From Phoronis australis (taxonomy: Eukaryota; Animalia; Phoronida): a stretch of 64,000 bases of DNA. A model generated the notes under the pieces. It ran no database searches, was not told the origin of the DNA, and saw nothing but the letters and a program-made list of their open reading frames with translations. Shown here piece by piece: positions 1 to 12,779 of the stretch. The stretch lies in assembly GCA_002633005.1 (NCBI GenBank), contig NMRA01000077.1, positions 124,001 to 188,000 on the forward strand. Direction: 5' to 3'. Positions within the stretch are counted from its first letter, which is position 1. Each line of letters begins with the position of its first letter. A program made the translations under genes and the position numbers.

Positions 1-415
1 CCATTTACACATCAAAAGTTGACACCAATCAGATGACACAGAACGAGTTGTTCCAGTGTGTATAAGGGACTGACACGGAGCAAACTGACACCGCGGTCAC
101 AAATTTAGCCACCCGTTTGTGAGGTAGAGCAATTTGCGCCCGAACATCTTGCGCCGTGTCAATTATAAGTGTAAACGCGAAACTGGGACAAGGCGTAAAG
201 GATCATCTCTACTGCGCTTGTGCAATGACCTACGTACGGGCTCTAATGTCTCTGAAACTCTCGTCATTTGTAAACCTGCGCATGTGTGATCCAGTCTCTC
301 CAGCCTGCTATTTCCGTCTTGCCACAGATAGTGTTTGTGTAAACGGCCGCTTGACACGGGTCAATTTGCTCCGTGTCAGTTGCGCCGGGCCAAAAGTTGA
401 TGTCTAAAAGGGACT
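1..415. mobile_element. Palindromic MITE, PIF/Harbinger-like, 5' end clipped by window
   Basis: Start CCATTTACACATCAA matches reverse complement of TTGATGTCTAAAAGG near 397-411; internal inverted pair CTGACACGGAGCAAA (~70) / TTTGCTCCGTGTCAG (~365); followed by TAA. Confidence 0.6.
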
Positions 416-636
416 TAAGATTCTGATATCAGGTTCACATGTGTAATAAAATGCCAGGGTTTTTGCTTGCAGCAAAAACATCAGTAATGTGAATGGTTGC
501 AAGGGTCACTTTTGCCGGCACCTTGCTGGAGGTCTGAGTTACTCCAAAACTGCTGGCGTTTTCACCGCCACTTGTATAACCAGGCCACTTATTTCAAATG
601 ACACACATGCGCCTTTGTTTTATCCTCATGATCTCA

Positions 637-1142
637 AGGGCCTTTAATACTAACGTCGACGCGTTGATGGTTTGGGGAGTTGCGGTCAGTATGAACGCTT
701 AACTCCGGTCCTGAATCGCAGTTAAGAGCTCCAGTTAACATCGCAGTTAATAGGTGGATTTAAGACCGCAGCGTCGACGCTGCGGTGCAGTATGAACGCT
801 TAACTCCGGTCCAATCGAAGTTATCGCCAGGTGCCACTGTTATCGTCAACAGTTACAGAGTAGTGCTGTCACTAATAACTACTTATTTTTTGGTTTAATG
901 ATAACCAATCGATTTAAAAAGGAGTTTTATGTCATTTAGCACATTTAAATGTTCCAAATTGTCACAATGAAAAAAATCTTAGCGTGCAGCGCTACCTTGC
1001 GATAACTTCTATGACGTCAGCGTCACCAACCCTTTTCTTCGATGGTCATTAACTACCGAAGCCAGTATGAACGGTCCAGTTAACTGCGCTGTTTACGTCG
1101 ACGCTCCGCTCAGACCGGAGTTAAGTCAATATGAAAGGGCCT
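637..1142. mobile_element. PIF/Harbinger-like MITE, copy 1 (~500 bp)
   Basis: TIRs AGGGCCTTTAATACT...AATATGAAAGGGCCT; homologous along its length to 2754..3240. Confidence 0.75.
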
Positions 1143-1399
1143 ATAGAGAGTGAGCATGTTTTGTAACCAGCTTTGGCATAAAAGCCATTTGGTGGTGAGG
1201 AAATAAACTAACTACTGACGAAAATGGCACTTTTGTTGACAGCTGTCTGTCTGGCTGAAATGTTAGTATTTTTGGATATGGTTTTAGCCAATGGGTTTTG
1301 CTTGTTATTTTATGGCAAAGTTAGTTGAGTAATGTCAATTGTTTTCCAGTTGTTATGACTCAGTAAGTCCTAGTTTGAGTAGGTAGATAATTTGTGGCA

Positions 1400-1472
1400 T
1401 TTCAGGGTAACCCCTTTGTTTCAGGGTAACCCCTTTGTTTCAGGGTAACCCTTTTGTTTCAGGGTAACTCCC
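1400..1472. repeat. 19-bp minisatellite x~4
   Basis: Unit TTTCAGGGTAACCCCTTTG. Confidence 0.9.
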
Positions 1473-2753
1473 ATTTTGATGTCTAAGTATAGAGAAACTC
1501 AGCATCTTCATTTGCAGTACTATTCTGATATGTATATGTACTTTGGTTCACAGTATATACTAGTGCTTGTGGTATTAATTTATTGCACACCCATCATCAT
1601 TATACATGCCCACTAAGTAAGACCACACTGTATGTGTTGGGATTATTTGTTTACAACTGGAATCTGTAAAAGCCTGTCATTACAGGTGATTAGCTTCAAC
1701 TCCCCCAGACAAGTCCAGTCAAGCTAATTATTGGCTAGGAAGTATGGACTTGCTATGTCAGCTTCCTAATTTACACTCTTCAATAACTAGGTACCTTGAG
1801 GAAGGACATTTGAATTGAACACAACCTAGAGGACTAAATGCTCCTGGTTTTGATAATTCTTGTAGACTTTGTAAACAAACTGAAACTTAAACATGTTTGC
1901 CACTATTTGATTTAGGAAAGTATTAAACTTGTTGAAAACTTTTCAACATCTCAAGTTCCAAAAGTTAGAAGCATAAATATGCTTGTGAGATTAAAAAGTA
2001 AATTCTGGCCCTGCAGACCCTCCTTGAACAGTGCCTAAAATCCTGTTATGAATACAGTATACCATTTGCAGTGAGTAAGTATGGGTTCCATTGTTTATTC
2101 TCAGAACATGGAACTTTTGAAACTGATAAAACCAAGAAACATTCTAGATCCTGATATGGGACTAGGATCATGAACAGACAAAAGGGGGCAGTTTATTATC
2201 AGTCCTTGGCAGCAATTGCCTTAGTGGCTGGCTGGCTAAGGGGCGAGTCTGGATACCCGTGGGTAAAGTCTTGTGAAGAAAACTTGGGAACACTGAACAG
2301 GCATTGGTCCTTGGCACGTAATCGTTTTGTTACCATATATGTCTCGCGTGCATGTGCTTCCAATATTCTGTAGAGATTGTGCCAGGGCAGAATATTGCCT
2401 TATCACATATTTCTTAAATGTGCCCATTATCACATAGGACCATACAACATGATTGGAAGCAGCCTGCACTAACCAAAAAGTAGCAAGTTGATCTCAAAAG
2501 GTTAGTTTACATTGTATGTCACTAATGTCACGGGCACCAGTCACATGTTGCTATGTTGAAGTGGATAGAATTCCCACCACAAAAAAACAACTTTTGATTT
2601 TGAGTTCCTACAGTAATGAAATGGTCTTGATTGTTCCACAGTCAAATTGGAGGTAAGTCCGGGCTTCTAAAGAACTGACAGTGTGTCATTGTTCTAAACC
2701 CTGACTTGTCACATCTGTCCTTAAGTGTGCAGAGCATGGTCTCTAGAGTCTAG

Positions 2754-3240
2754 AGGCCCTTTCACACTAACGTCGATGTGTCAATGTTTTGGGGAGTTGT
2801 GGTCAGTATGAAAGTTAACTCCAGTCCTGTATTGAAGTTAATAATGCCAGGTAACTTTGCAGTAAACAGGTGGGTTTAACAGCAGAGCGTCGACGCTGCG
2901 GTGCAGTATGAACGGTCGACTTTGATCCTATCGAAGTTACCGCCAGGTGCCACTGTTACCGTTGATATATAAAGGGCAGTGTCGTCACTAATAGTTGCTT
3001 GTATTTTGCTCGAATAATCACCAATCGAATTAAAAGTAAGTTTTATGTCAATTAGCACATATAAATGTTCCCAAATTGTCACATTAAAATATCTTAGTGT
3101 GCAGCGCTACTTTGCTGACTACAGCATCACCTACCATTTGCTTCGATGTCCGTTAACTACTAAAGCCGGTATGAATCATTTAGTTAACTTCACACTTTAC
3201 ATGGATGCTCCACAGAAGTTTATTCAGTGTGAAAGGGCCT
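2754..3240. mobile_element. PIF/Harbinger-like MITE, copy 2
   Basis: Perfect 15-bp TIR AGGCCCTTTCACACT / AGTGTGAAAGGGCCT, flanked by TAG on both sides (3-bp TSD); no ORF. Confidence 0.8.
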
Positions 3241-4777
3241 TAGGTATAATGAGCTGCCACTATTCTTTACAAATCCATAAATCACTTCTCATTTAAAAAA
3301 GGACAAGATTGAGCCAATTTCAGAGCGGTGAGTCAGCTCTTCAATCAAAAGTTCGCTTCATGGCCGAGAAGCTGGTTTTATTTTCTGTCATAATTGACGA
3401 GTTGTTAGTTTTTAGTTCATTAGATGTTCTTGGTTTAGAACCCCAATGCCGTGTGTGGTTGTTTTTGTGCACAAATGATCTGTTCCCTTTATAGGCTACT
3501 CTTGGGGCACCTTTTTAGAATTGATTAGGCAAATTTAGGATAACAGGGGAAGTTGAGACTTGTTGAGAAATTGGATATCTGCTTACTGAAAAGGCCTTAT
3601 AGCAAGCCACTTAGTTAAAGCACAATGTCAGTTTTTGTTTTAGATAGACCTGATAGATGTGTAAACAGTTACTTGCTGATTTTTCTGTGCAGTTGTGAAG
3701 CCAGCTTCTTGTTGGCTGTGTGGACTTGACTGAAGGTTAGTATCAGAAGGATCTGTTGTATGCCGAGATTTTACCATCACTTTATGAGCTGTTTGTTTCT
3801 AATTAGATGTTATGCTGAAATAGACTTGAATGGAACTAATGTATCATGTTTAGTTGGCAGTGTGTTGGCCCAGAATGGAGCTCAACTGTAGTCATGGATG
3901 TGATCTTATGAAAATTTTCAGAACTTGTTCAGAGAATGAGATCAAGTACCGTTCAGAGAATGAGAACAAGCATTGTGGTATTGGAGAGTGAGTGATCCCA
4001 GAAGTTTTGTCTGTTTTACAACAATCTGAAAAAACAAGTGGGAAATGTTTTTGAAACAAAACTGATTGTTTTTTATTATGTTCTTGTGAGTTACTAAAAT
4101 TTAATCTGCCAGTCACAACCTATGATGCTTGGGTTATGGGAATAAGAGAACTGTTAGTACTATTTTACATCACCAGAGGGAGTAATGGCATGACATTACC
4201 GGCTGAGTCTTAAAGTGCTTTATGAACATTTTAGTATCAAATGCATATTTTGCTCTTGGGTTTGAAATTAAATCATCTACTTTTAATTGTTATTAAATAA
4301 AATACATAGTTTGGTCATATGGTTTCTTTTAAAAGTCCTTTGCTTTGACATGACTCTTGGTTATTGTAAAATGTCACTTTTAATGCACTTGCCATGTTTC
4401 ATGTCTGATTATTGTCTCCCAGTGTGATGATGAAAACAAGTTCATTACAAATTAACCTCAATCTCAATTTGAAGTTGTGTCAAATTCATAAGGAGCTTCT
4501 ATTAAGTATTGTACAGTAATAAGAATTGCTGGCTTTTTCTTTGTATTCTGGACTGGAACTCTCTTTATCCCAGTCATGTCTTTTGTTATTCTTGTCTTTA
4601 GGTCTATGAACATGGATTCTGTTTATATTTTAGGTGTTGTCTTCATCTCAACCTGTTTTCTCTGAGGCAGTCTGACTTATTAAGCCATCACTGATTACTA
4701 AGACGGAGATAACATTAGCAGTATGTTTTTATATTAACGTTAGCAACATATTTTTTATATTGATGTGAAGACAAGTG

Positions 4778-4937
4778 GCTCCCTCTTTGTTGTGTCACAA
4801 ATCCGTCCTTTTACAAGATGCACAGGCATGCTCCCTCTTTGTTATGTCACAAATCCGTCCTTTTACAAGATGCACAGGCATGCTCCCTCTTTGTTGTGTC
4901 ACAAATCCGTCCTTTTACAAGATGCACAGGCATGCTC
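4778..4937. repeat. 52-bp tandem repeat x3
   Basis: Unit GCTCCCTCTTTGTTGTGTCACAAATCCGTCCTTTTACAAGATGCACAGGCAT at 4778, 4830, 4882. Confidence 0.92.
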
Positions 4938-6504
4938 TGTTCTAAACTGCAAAGAACCTGAGCCTGAACACAAGGACTGTCTTTATTTGTTCATTGCATA
5001 TAAATAAACCAAGTTTGGAAATATGTCAGTAAAAAATGTTTATATTTTAGTAGCTTGGGTTTTTTCTTGTTCTCTCCAAGCCTGTTTCTATGACAATGAC
5101 CCTTGATGACTACACCCAGCCACCATCTGCTGACATTTGGTTTGCTGTGACCTGAACTGTTTATATTAACACACTGTTTTTGTATGTTTTATCACCTAAA
5201 TGACTTTAACATTCACAAGCAGATCTGGACACAATCTGCTTTTTATACAAATATTGTTTTCTTGCCAGTTTTAGATTTTGGTTTGTAAATGTTTTTTCAT
5301 GCCAGATGTTAAAACAGTCATTTTCATTTGGTGTCTATTTTGTGTTTTTAATTTATTATTTTTGACCAACATTTTTACTTGAACATTGATGTTTTTCTAA
5401 TTAGTTCATAATTTGGTTTGAAATTGCAGCTGTTTGAAATTGTTCCACAGGCTGCTAGAGGTAGCGTGTCCTGAAATGGCAGCTTGTATTTCTTTTAAAA
5501 AAAATCCAGGCACCTTTATTAGACGTTTATAATAAATGCTAAATCGTTTCACAGATCTCTCTGGTGAGTTGAGTAATATGGGATACATGTTGGATACTCA
5601 TATGTTAAAAGAGGAAATCCTGAAGTGCTAAGTACACAAGGTTTCGTTTAATTTGAGTTAGTGTCAGGTGAATGTGTGACTGATGCTGTAATTAGCACAA
5701 GTGCCTGTGTTTTATGTTAAAGGTCAGCTGACTAAGTCATCAAACCAAGCAGTCAAAATATCCCAATTTGATGCTAACTGTACTTATATAACATTACTGT
5801 AAAAACCATGTAAACAGCTTATCAGTTTGAACCTTTCAATTCAACTGGTCACTCAATAAAAGGCAAGAAACATTGTGACATCACCAACCGAATATTCAGC
5901 GTTTAATATGCCTGTACAGTGCCCACTCTCCTCAGAAGGTATCACTAGTTATTTTCAATTAGATCACTAAGTGCGACATTTTGTCCTTTTTGAACAAAGG
6001 CCATAGAGCGGGTGTAACGTAGTTTGCAAAATGTGAAGTCAAGTTTATCGAGTCAACATTGAACTGTTTTAACAAAAAAACTGTACAGGAATTTGACTTT
6101 AAGTATTATAGGGCATTTTCAGTGTGTCCTCATGCGAAAGGGACCTAGACAACACAAAGATCTATGGGGATATAAATACTCCTCTGTCATCATATTGTTG
6201 CCAAAGTCACATACAGTGAATGCTGTGTCTGTTGGTACCTAACCATTTCTCAATGGTTTTAATTTTTTGTGCCTCTGAACATTGATTTGTCTACAGTATG
6301 GAGAGGTGTTGTTTGTCGTTGGGAAACGAAGCAGTTGTTGTGCCAAAGTATTACTACCGTGGCTTGTACGTTCTCCGTGTTTGGGGCCAGAGGGAGTCTT
6401 GCTCTGGTGAGAGCTTTCTTCTTAATTGCCTCAAAATTCTGACTTTCATTAGTCAATGGTGCGTAAGCTAGAACTTGATTGTGAAGTTTTTTGTGTGTTG
6501 CCGT

Positions 6505-6805
6505 AAGTCAAAAGGTGTATATCAATAGTGTTTCACAAAGTCAAAAGGTGTATATCAATAGTGTTTCACAAAGTCAAAAGGTGTATATCAATAGTGTTTC
6601 ACAAAGTCAAAAGGTGTATATCAATAGTGTTTCACAAAGTCAAAAGGTGTATATCAATAGTGTTTCACTAAGTCAAAAGGTGTATATCAATAGTGTTTCA
6701 CAAAGTCAAAAGGTATATATCAATAGTGTTTCACAAAGTCAAAAGGTATATATCAATAGTGTTTCACAAAGTCAAAAGGTATATATCAATAGTGATTCAC
6801 AAAGT
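6505..6805. repeat. 33-bp minisatellite x9
   Basis: Unit AAGTCAAAAGGTGTATATCAATAGTGTTTCACA; explains the spurious SQKVYINSVSQ ORF. Confidence 0.95.
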
Positions 6806-6849
6806 GCATACTTAAGATCTGTCGTAAACCTTCTCTCCAGAAACTGAAC

Positions 6850-7246
6850 TCAAATATGCCCTTAGGATTTTCGAAATAAAGGCCTAGTTTTTGTGTCATG
6901 TAACAAAGACGAATACGACTTCTTTTTTTCAAAAATACCTTACGTTTTGCCAGTTGATTTGTCATAGCAACCAAACGAAAAGACTAATGGAAAATTCCTA
7001 ACAGCGTTTTTGAGGTAACTGGTGAAGTTTTCATTTAAAAAAGGTTTCATTAAAATCGACCAAGGGTTATTGTGTTATGAATGTACCTTTCTTAAAATAA
7101 AATTTTGACTTAAAAAGGTGTTAACGTAATAATAATAATGGTACAAAAATACAGAAAATATACACTTTTACTAATTGATAAAGCTTAGTTTTTTTGATAT
7201 TCAAGTTAGAATGGAGACCACTAAATAAGGTTGGAGATAACCTTAA
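6850..7246. mobile_element. Dispersed DNA-element end terminating in CC-TTAA (Kolobok-like)
   Basis: Homologous to ~24540..24929 and ~26290..26675; all end TAAATAAGGTT(G/T)GAGATAACCTTAA; left boundary approximate. Confidence 0.55.
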
Positions 7247-9453
7247 AGCCAAGAACTCAAAGAATTTAACTATCTCGCTCAACAATAATACCAGAAGTGC
7301 CTTTTGTCCCTAAAACTGATTGTTTCTCTTTTAGACTACATCAAATTTTATTGTTGTGTCATATTAAAGCATATGGTTCTTGTTTCTTAACTATATTTGC
7401 AGAGCAGATCAGTAGTGAAATGCAGAAAATTCCCTCATTCCTTCACTGACATTAATGTATTTTTGCTTTTTTCTTAGATATGTTTTGACTCAGAAAATCT
7501 CCCACAGCTTCCATTTTGTTCCAAAAGTGTCACAAATTACTGGCGGCTTGTTGTTTTTTGCGCTCTAAACAAATACCCTGTAGCATGCCATTCCCAAGAA
7601 ACATGCCTTTCATTGCAAATTTGGCTTGTGGTGCTTGACTCAAAAATTTCTGTCAGTGCTAGACCATTTCCATCTGGAAGTAGTCAAGTTGTGTTTTTAG
7701 CTTGCTAGGCAACAAACAGTTTTGTGACTGAATGCACAAAAGGAGGTTTATTATTTTGTGCTCTGTTCAGAAGCCAGAAACATTGGAACTGCTATGCTGT
7801 GCTTTGAAGTCTGAAAATTGTTATGTAAGTGATGATCTGTCTTAAATGGCCATAATTTGTGATAAAAGTGGTTTTTGGAGATCAGCATTTACCTAGGAAC
7901 CAAAGAATTTCAGCAGCAACCCTGAGTCTAAAGTGCTGTCCATACGCAGAGTTAACGTAGAACAAGTTACTCTTGGAACTAGTCACCAGGTTTGAGGTGG
8001 GAGAACTAATGTTCGAGGGTTAAACTTGCCCCACTTGCAATTGCTGTGTGGCCGCAAAAGTGGGGTAGGGCGGAAGTGATTATCAGCTGTAGTTACATAC
8101 TGACAGGTTTTCTTTTGTGTGTCATATTCCCATTAGGTGTTCATTATCACCACACAGTGCAACTTCCACCCTACCCTAATTATCCCATATGTATGTGTAG
8201 ACCTCCACTTAGAGTGTGCTAAGTTGCACTAGTGCACATTGTTCTAGGATAGACTCTGTGTGGACAGGACATAACATTCTACTGGTGCAGCTTAACTTCA
8301 CACGATGATCGGCAGAGAATTTGAAGCATATTAAACTGGTGAAATCTCCAGCATTAATTTCAGCAAATGTCTAGCAGGCAATGGCGAAATTTTAGCAATT
8401 TATAATAAAATAACTAAAACACCCCAGATTTACTGTTTTTTTCATAACTGTGGTCAAAGCTAACAACATCAAGAAATCTTTCCTGTCCATCAATAATCCT
8501 AACCATGCGGCAAAACCGATTATGTGATTACGTTTGTCGTGTCATTATTTTGTCTCGCACATTCATTCCGGAGCTAAGTTTTCCACCTTGGTTGGTGGGG
8601 TATTTATGTTAGGTTTTACCAATAGCCACTATTCATAATGGAAGTGCCTTTGTTTTAGAAAGTTTATTGAGGTTGTATCAATGTGTAAGTTGGTTAAAAA
8701 CCTGTGGTGCTCCTAAGTCGATCAGTGTGATTTCTAGGTGAAGGTATAGGTGACAGTTCAGTTATTTATGTTGTACTTTGGGAGTTGTGAACTTTTTAGC
8801 TAGGTAAGTCCATTGTGCAGTCAAATCTCTGGATATTTTACATGCTATTCTATTTTGATTTGATGATTCAAGTTCATAAGTCATCAGTACCTTATGAGTG
8901 GTATATACCGGTAGTATCTGTACAGAATTGCTATGAATTTGTAGAAAGCCAGTGTCTACGTGCCTGAAATTAGCACTTTGACAAATGTGTGGAATCTGGT
9001 AAAGCATGATGATGAGTTTGTTTAGTTCCACTTGAACTAAATATTGAAGCAGGCCTTGAGAATGGTTATTAACACCTGACAGGTTTGTGGTCTTTCCACC
9101 TTGCTCGTGCTGTTGTTTTCTGGTTTTGTAGTACAGAAGTACGCGTCGTTCTAACAGCATCAAGTATCACGTGGACTTTTAAGAATGTGAATTTTACACG
9201 TTTACCTACGTAATATAGATGTATATTTGCTCTACCTGCAGCATTTTAGTAATGTGTTGTGGGTATGCCAGACATCTAGAGGGGATGGTGACAGTACGGA
9301 TTCCTTCCTGACAATGGCAGCCATCTTGCAGCGTATACTAGGTCTTTAATCATTATTTTGAGATGTCCCAGTATGAGGGAACTTTTTGGTGGTGACTTGT
9401 CTTGGCTGGAGTCTGTGTGCCCGCGAGTATTCATCGTTTACATCAGTTTGCAG

Positions 9454-9496
9454 ATTATGGTCTATATTTATGTTGAACTGTGCTGTCATAACCAGG
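9454..9496 (+). other. Candidate alternative first coding exon (MVYIYVELCCHNQ, phase 1)
   Basis: TTTGCAG acceptor ending 9453, ATG at 9457, strong donor CAGG|GTGAGT at 9497; phase matches acceptor at 30208; no homology support. Confidence 0.2.
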
Positions 9497-11246
9497 GTGA
9501 GTGGTTTCGTGTCTGTCCACCAGGACGGGAATGATGGGACTGCAGGCTGTCAACTGCAGGGGTTCTACATAGCAGCAAAATTTGTTTAGTCTTTCTGATT
9601 GTTTTTGTGAAAAAGTGTAATTGAACCCAACAGCATGCGACTTCTTAATGAACCATTCATTTCGCAGTTATTGCTGTTTTACGCCAGTGTACATTTTTCG
9701 CCCTCTCCCTCTTAAACTGCAAAACATTTCAATCGATATTATTTGAATCATATTTTAGACCTCAAACATTGAAGTTGGTATTTACACTTAAACATAGCAA
9801 TTATATTAGAAAATTCTCCATGCACTTTTGACATGAAAAACTCTTAAGAAATACTGAAATTTTTATGATGTCATAAGCACACCACTGTAGAACTGGAGAC
9901 AATTGTGCCTCAAAAAATGGTACAAGGATGCAGTTGTTGATAATACCAATATTTACATTTAAGGGTTTGATTTTAATAACTTAAGTAGTTTAGAATGGTT
10001 ATCTAAGCTGTAATTTGTTGGTAAATTAGTTCATCCAAATTTTGAAAATTCCATGCCAATCTCGCTGACCTATTTCCAAAGTAATGTTCAATAGTGGCAT
10101 TGTCTGTATGAACACTTGTTGACCACTAGTGTCTGACCTGACCATGGTTTGTCCAGCTGGTTTTCATATTGAGATATGGGGCACTATGCTCACAATTTGA
10201 GAACCAGTTTGATACTGTTATACATACCAGAAAACTGGTTCTCAAAATGCAGCATGTTAAATATCCAACAGAGTACTCTTTTGGATATCGTGTGCCATGT
10301 GGGATGACTGCACTTCAGCTAAGTGTGATGTGCATGACTTTAATGTTTTTTTGTTTTAAATCTTCAATACACTGTACAGCTGTTGATGATGTCTGTGTTT
10401 AAAACATTGTTATATTGGTGAAGTAGATCACTTGAACCCCCTAGATTAAATTTCTAAGCTTGAGTAGAACTGACAAGTGATATGCTGGTGAATTTGAGGG
10501 TTCTTATCTGGAATTCATTGTAGCCCTGAAGCTGACCAGGCATTCTTGGCTGTCTATTTGTTGCATGGGAAAAGGGTGGTTCTGTGACTGAACATAAAGC
10601 GAATAACTAATATAGCAGCCTAAGTTCTATTAAGAAATGTTTGCAAATAGTGTGAATGTAAACAACGAAGATGGCATTGTCTAATAAAGTGAAACTCAGA
10701 AGTAACTGATTGATTTAAGTTTTTAAAAGCTATTTTACACTTTTGAATTTTTGTTTTGTTACGTTGTTGACACGCTGAATGTATTTGTTACTTATATCTC
10801 CCCCTTTTGTGCACAATTGAATGAAACTACTTAGTTAATGGATTAGATTCCAACTACAAGCATAAAGATGAAGAACTACACAAATGGGATCAATGATATT
10901 CAAAGGACTGTAATTTGACTGATCCGCTGTCGAAGAACCTAGTGCTACAGTTGGTGACTACCAGCTGACGCATATTGGATTCTTTTGACAAGAACGCTTG
11001 GCAACTTTCCAGTACGTTTTGGAAGATTTATTGATTGGCTAAATGGAAGTTTCCAAGTTTGTTGTTTATTTGCACACTACTGATCACATTTTCCTTCGCA
11101 AACACTGTGTGTTTTGTTAAGAAGTCAAGGCCTATTGTTTGTAGTTGAAATCAGATGTAAAATGACCTTGTGACTGCCATTTTTTGACTAACCATTTGCC
11201 TTGCTATAGCTTCAGATACCTTGGGAATCTTCTGAACTTTGATATT

Positions 11247-11448
11247 GTACCATGATAATGTACCATGATGATGTACCATGATGATGTACCATGATGATGA
11301 ACCATGATGATGTACCATGATGATGAACCATGATGATGTACCATGATGATGAACCATGATGATGTACCATGATGATGTGCTGTGATGATGTACCATGATG
11401 ATGTACCATGATGATGTACCATGATGATGTACCATGATGATGTACCAT
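11247..11448. repeat. 13-bp minisatellite x~15
   Basis: Unit CATGATGATGTAC with variants; explains three overlapping repetitive ORFs. Confidence 0.95.
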
Positions 11449-12056
11449 AGATAGCTCTCATCAAGTGCTATCAGGAGTGCAATAGATTTCTTCTTCTAAC
11501 TGTCAGTTATTGAGATATTCTGATTTGATGACTGGTCTTTTGTTGGCTGATTTCCCAATGCAATTGTTTTGGTTTATCATTTACTGTATCTTGCTGTCAT
11601 GTGCAGCGGAGGCCTGGTTGTTGGTGTTTTTGTTTCTTTCGTGGACTTCATTTCCTGCCAAACGTTGCTTCTCAGAGCGTTGTCACAATTATATTTTTAT
11701 CACTAAGTTAAATAATGACTTCAGTGCAGTCTGAAGTTTGTTTAATAATAAACTGTAACATGTTATTACCTCAAAATGGCATTGGTGTGCATTTGTCTCA
11801 ATTAGTAGACACCACAAATACACTGCATCTATTCCTTTCGTAATTATTCCTTTCACAATTGTAATGTATGTGGTTGAGAGTAGCACAGAACACTGATGTT
11901 AGATGTAAGTATGTGCAAGATTTCTTCAAACTGTTAGCACCAATAACACACTACTGTTGGTATTACAATGTGGTTTGTGTTAATGACATAGATATGTTTA
12001 GGAAGAAAACATTGTTTACCAGTAAGGATGGTATTAAGCAGCAGGTTTTATCTCAA

Positions 12057-12120
12057 TGTCATGTCAGTTAAGAATGGGTCTTACACTGTCATGTCAGTTA
12101 AGAATGGGTCTTACACTGTC
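12057..12120. repeat. 30-bp tandem duplication
   Basis: TGTCATGTCAGTTAAGAATGGGTCTTACAC twice. Confidence 0.85.
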
Positions 12121-12779
12121 TGGAGGCTACTTATGGTAATACATGAAATATTTTCTTGTAAATTAGTTTGAATTCTATATGTTTGGAATGAATGTGAATA
12201 TCTGTTCATTAAAATTTAATTTAATAGTTTGTAAAATCAGGAAAAACAATTTGGGTTAGAAAATCTGATTCAACTCCCAATCTTGAAAAATTCCACTATT
12301 TTGGAGCAAGTTCTTGTCTACAAATCAATACTAGTTGTGAGGCAGTCTGGAATTTCATGAATCTACATACCTCAGTAGCAATGGCTTGGTCCCAATCCTG
12401 GCAGTGTACATGACTCTAGTTGAGGCATGCAATATGATGTTTCCAAGAGGCCATCAAAAACTACATATGTACACATGGGTGTACCCGTCTGACATTCCTG
12501 TCATTCCTGCCCATCTCTTGGGATCTGGTAGTGCAGTCAGAGAACGGTATTTGGTGCTGGCATAAAAGTAGCTTAGGTAAGGGATTATTCTCAGTTGGCA
12601 TTGTAATCTTTAACAAACCGGGCAACAGATTCCATCAAAATGTGTCTGGCTTAGTCGAAATTGTAGTGAAAAGCAAACACTTTTACAATGAAGTGCTGGC
12701 AAAATTTTCCAGTCTATTTTGCTTCGAAGTTTTGCCCATTTTTGATGAGAAGATATTTTGTCACTTTCTTTGAAGGCTA

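Noticed and set aside
6491-6847. 118-aa repetitive ORF
   Set aside because: Product of a 33-bp minisatellite; no splice or start support.
8762-9163. 133-aa minus-strand ORF
   Set aside because: No recognisable motif; possibly decayed TE, cannot be assigned.
11151-11464. His-rich repetitive ORFs
   Set aside because: 13-bp minisatellite read in three frames.
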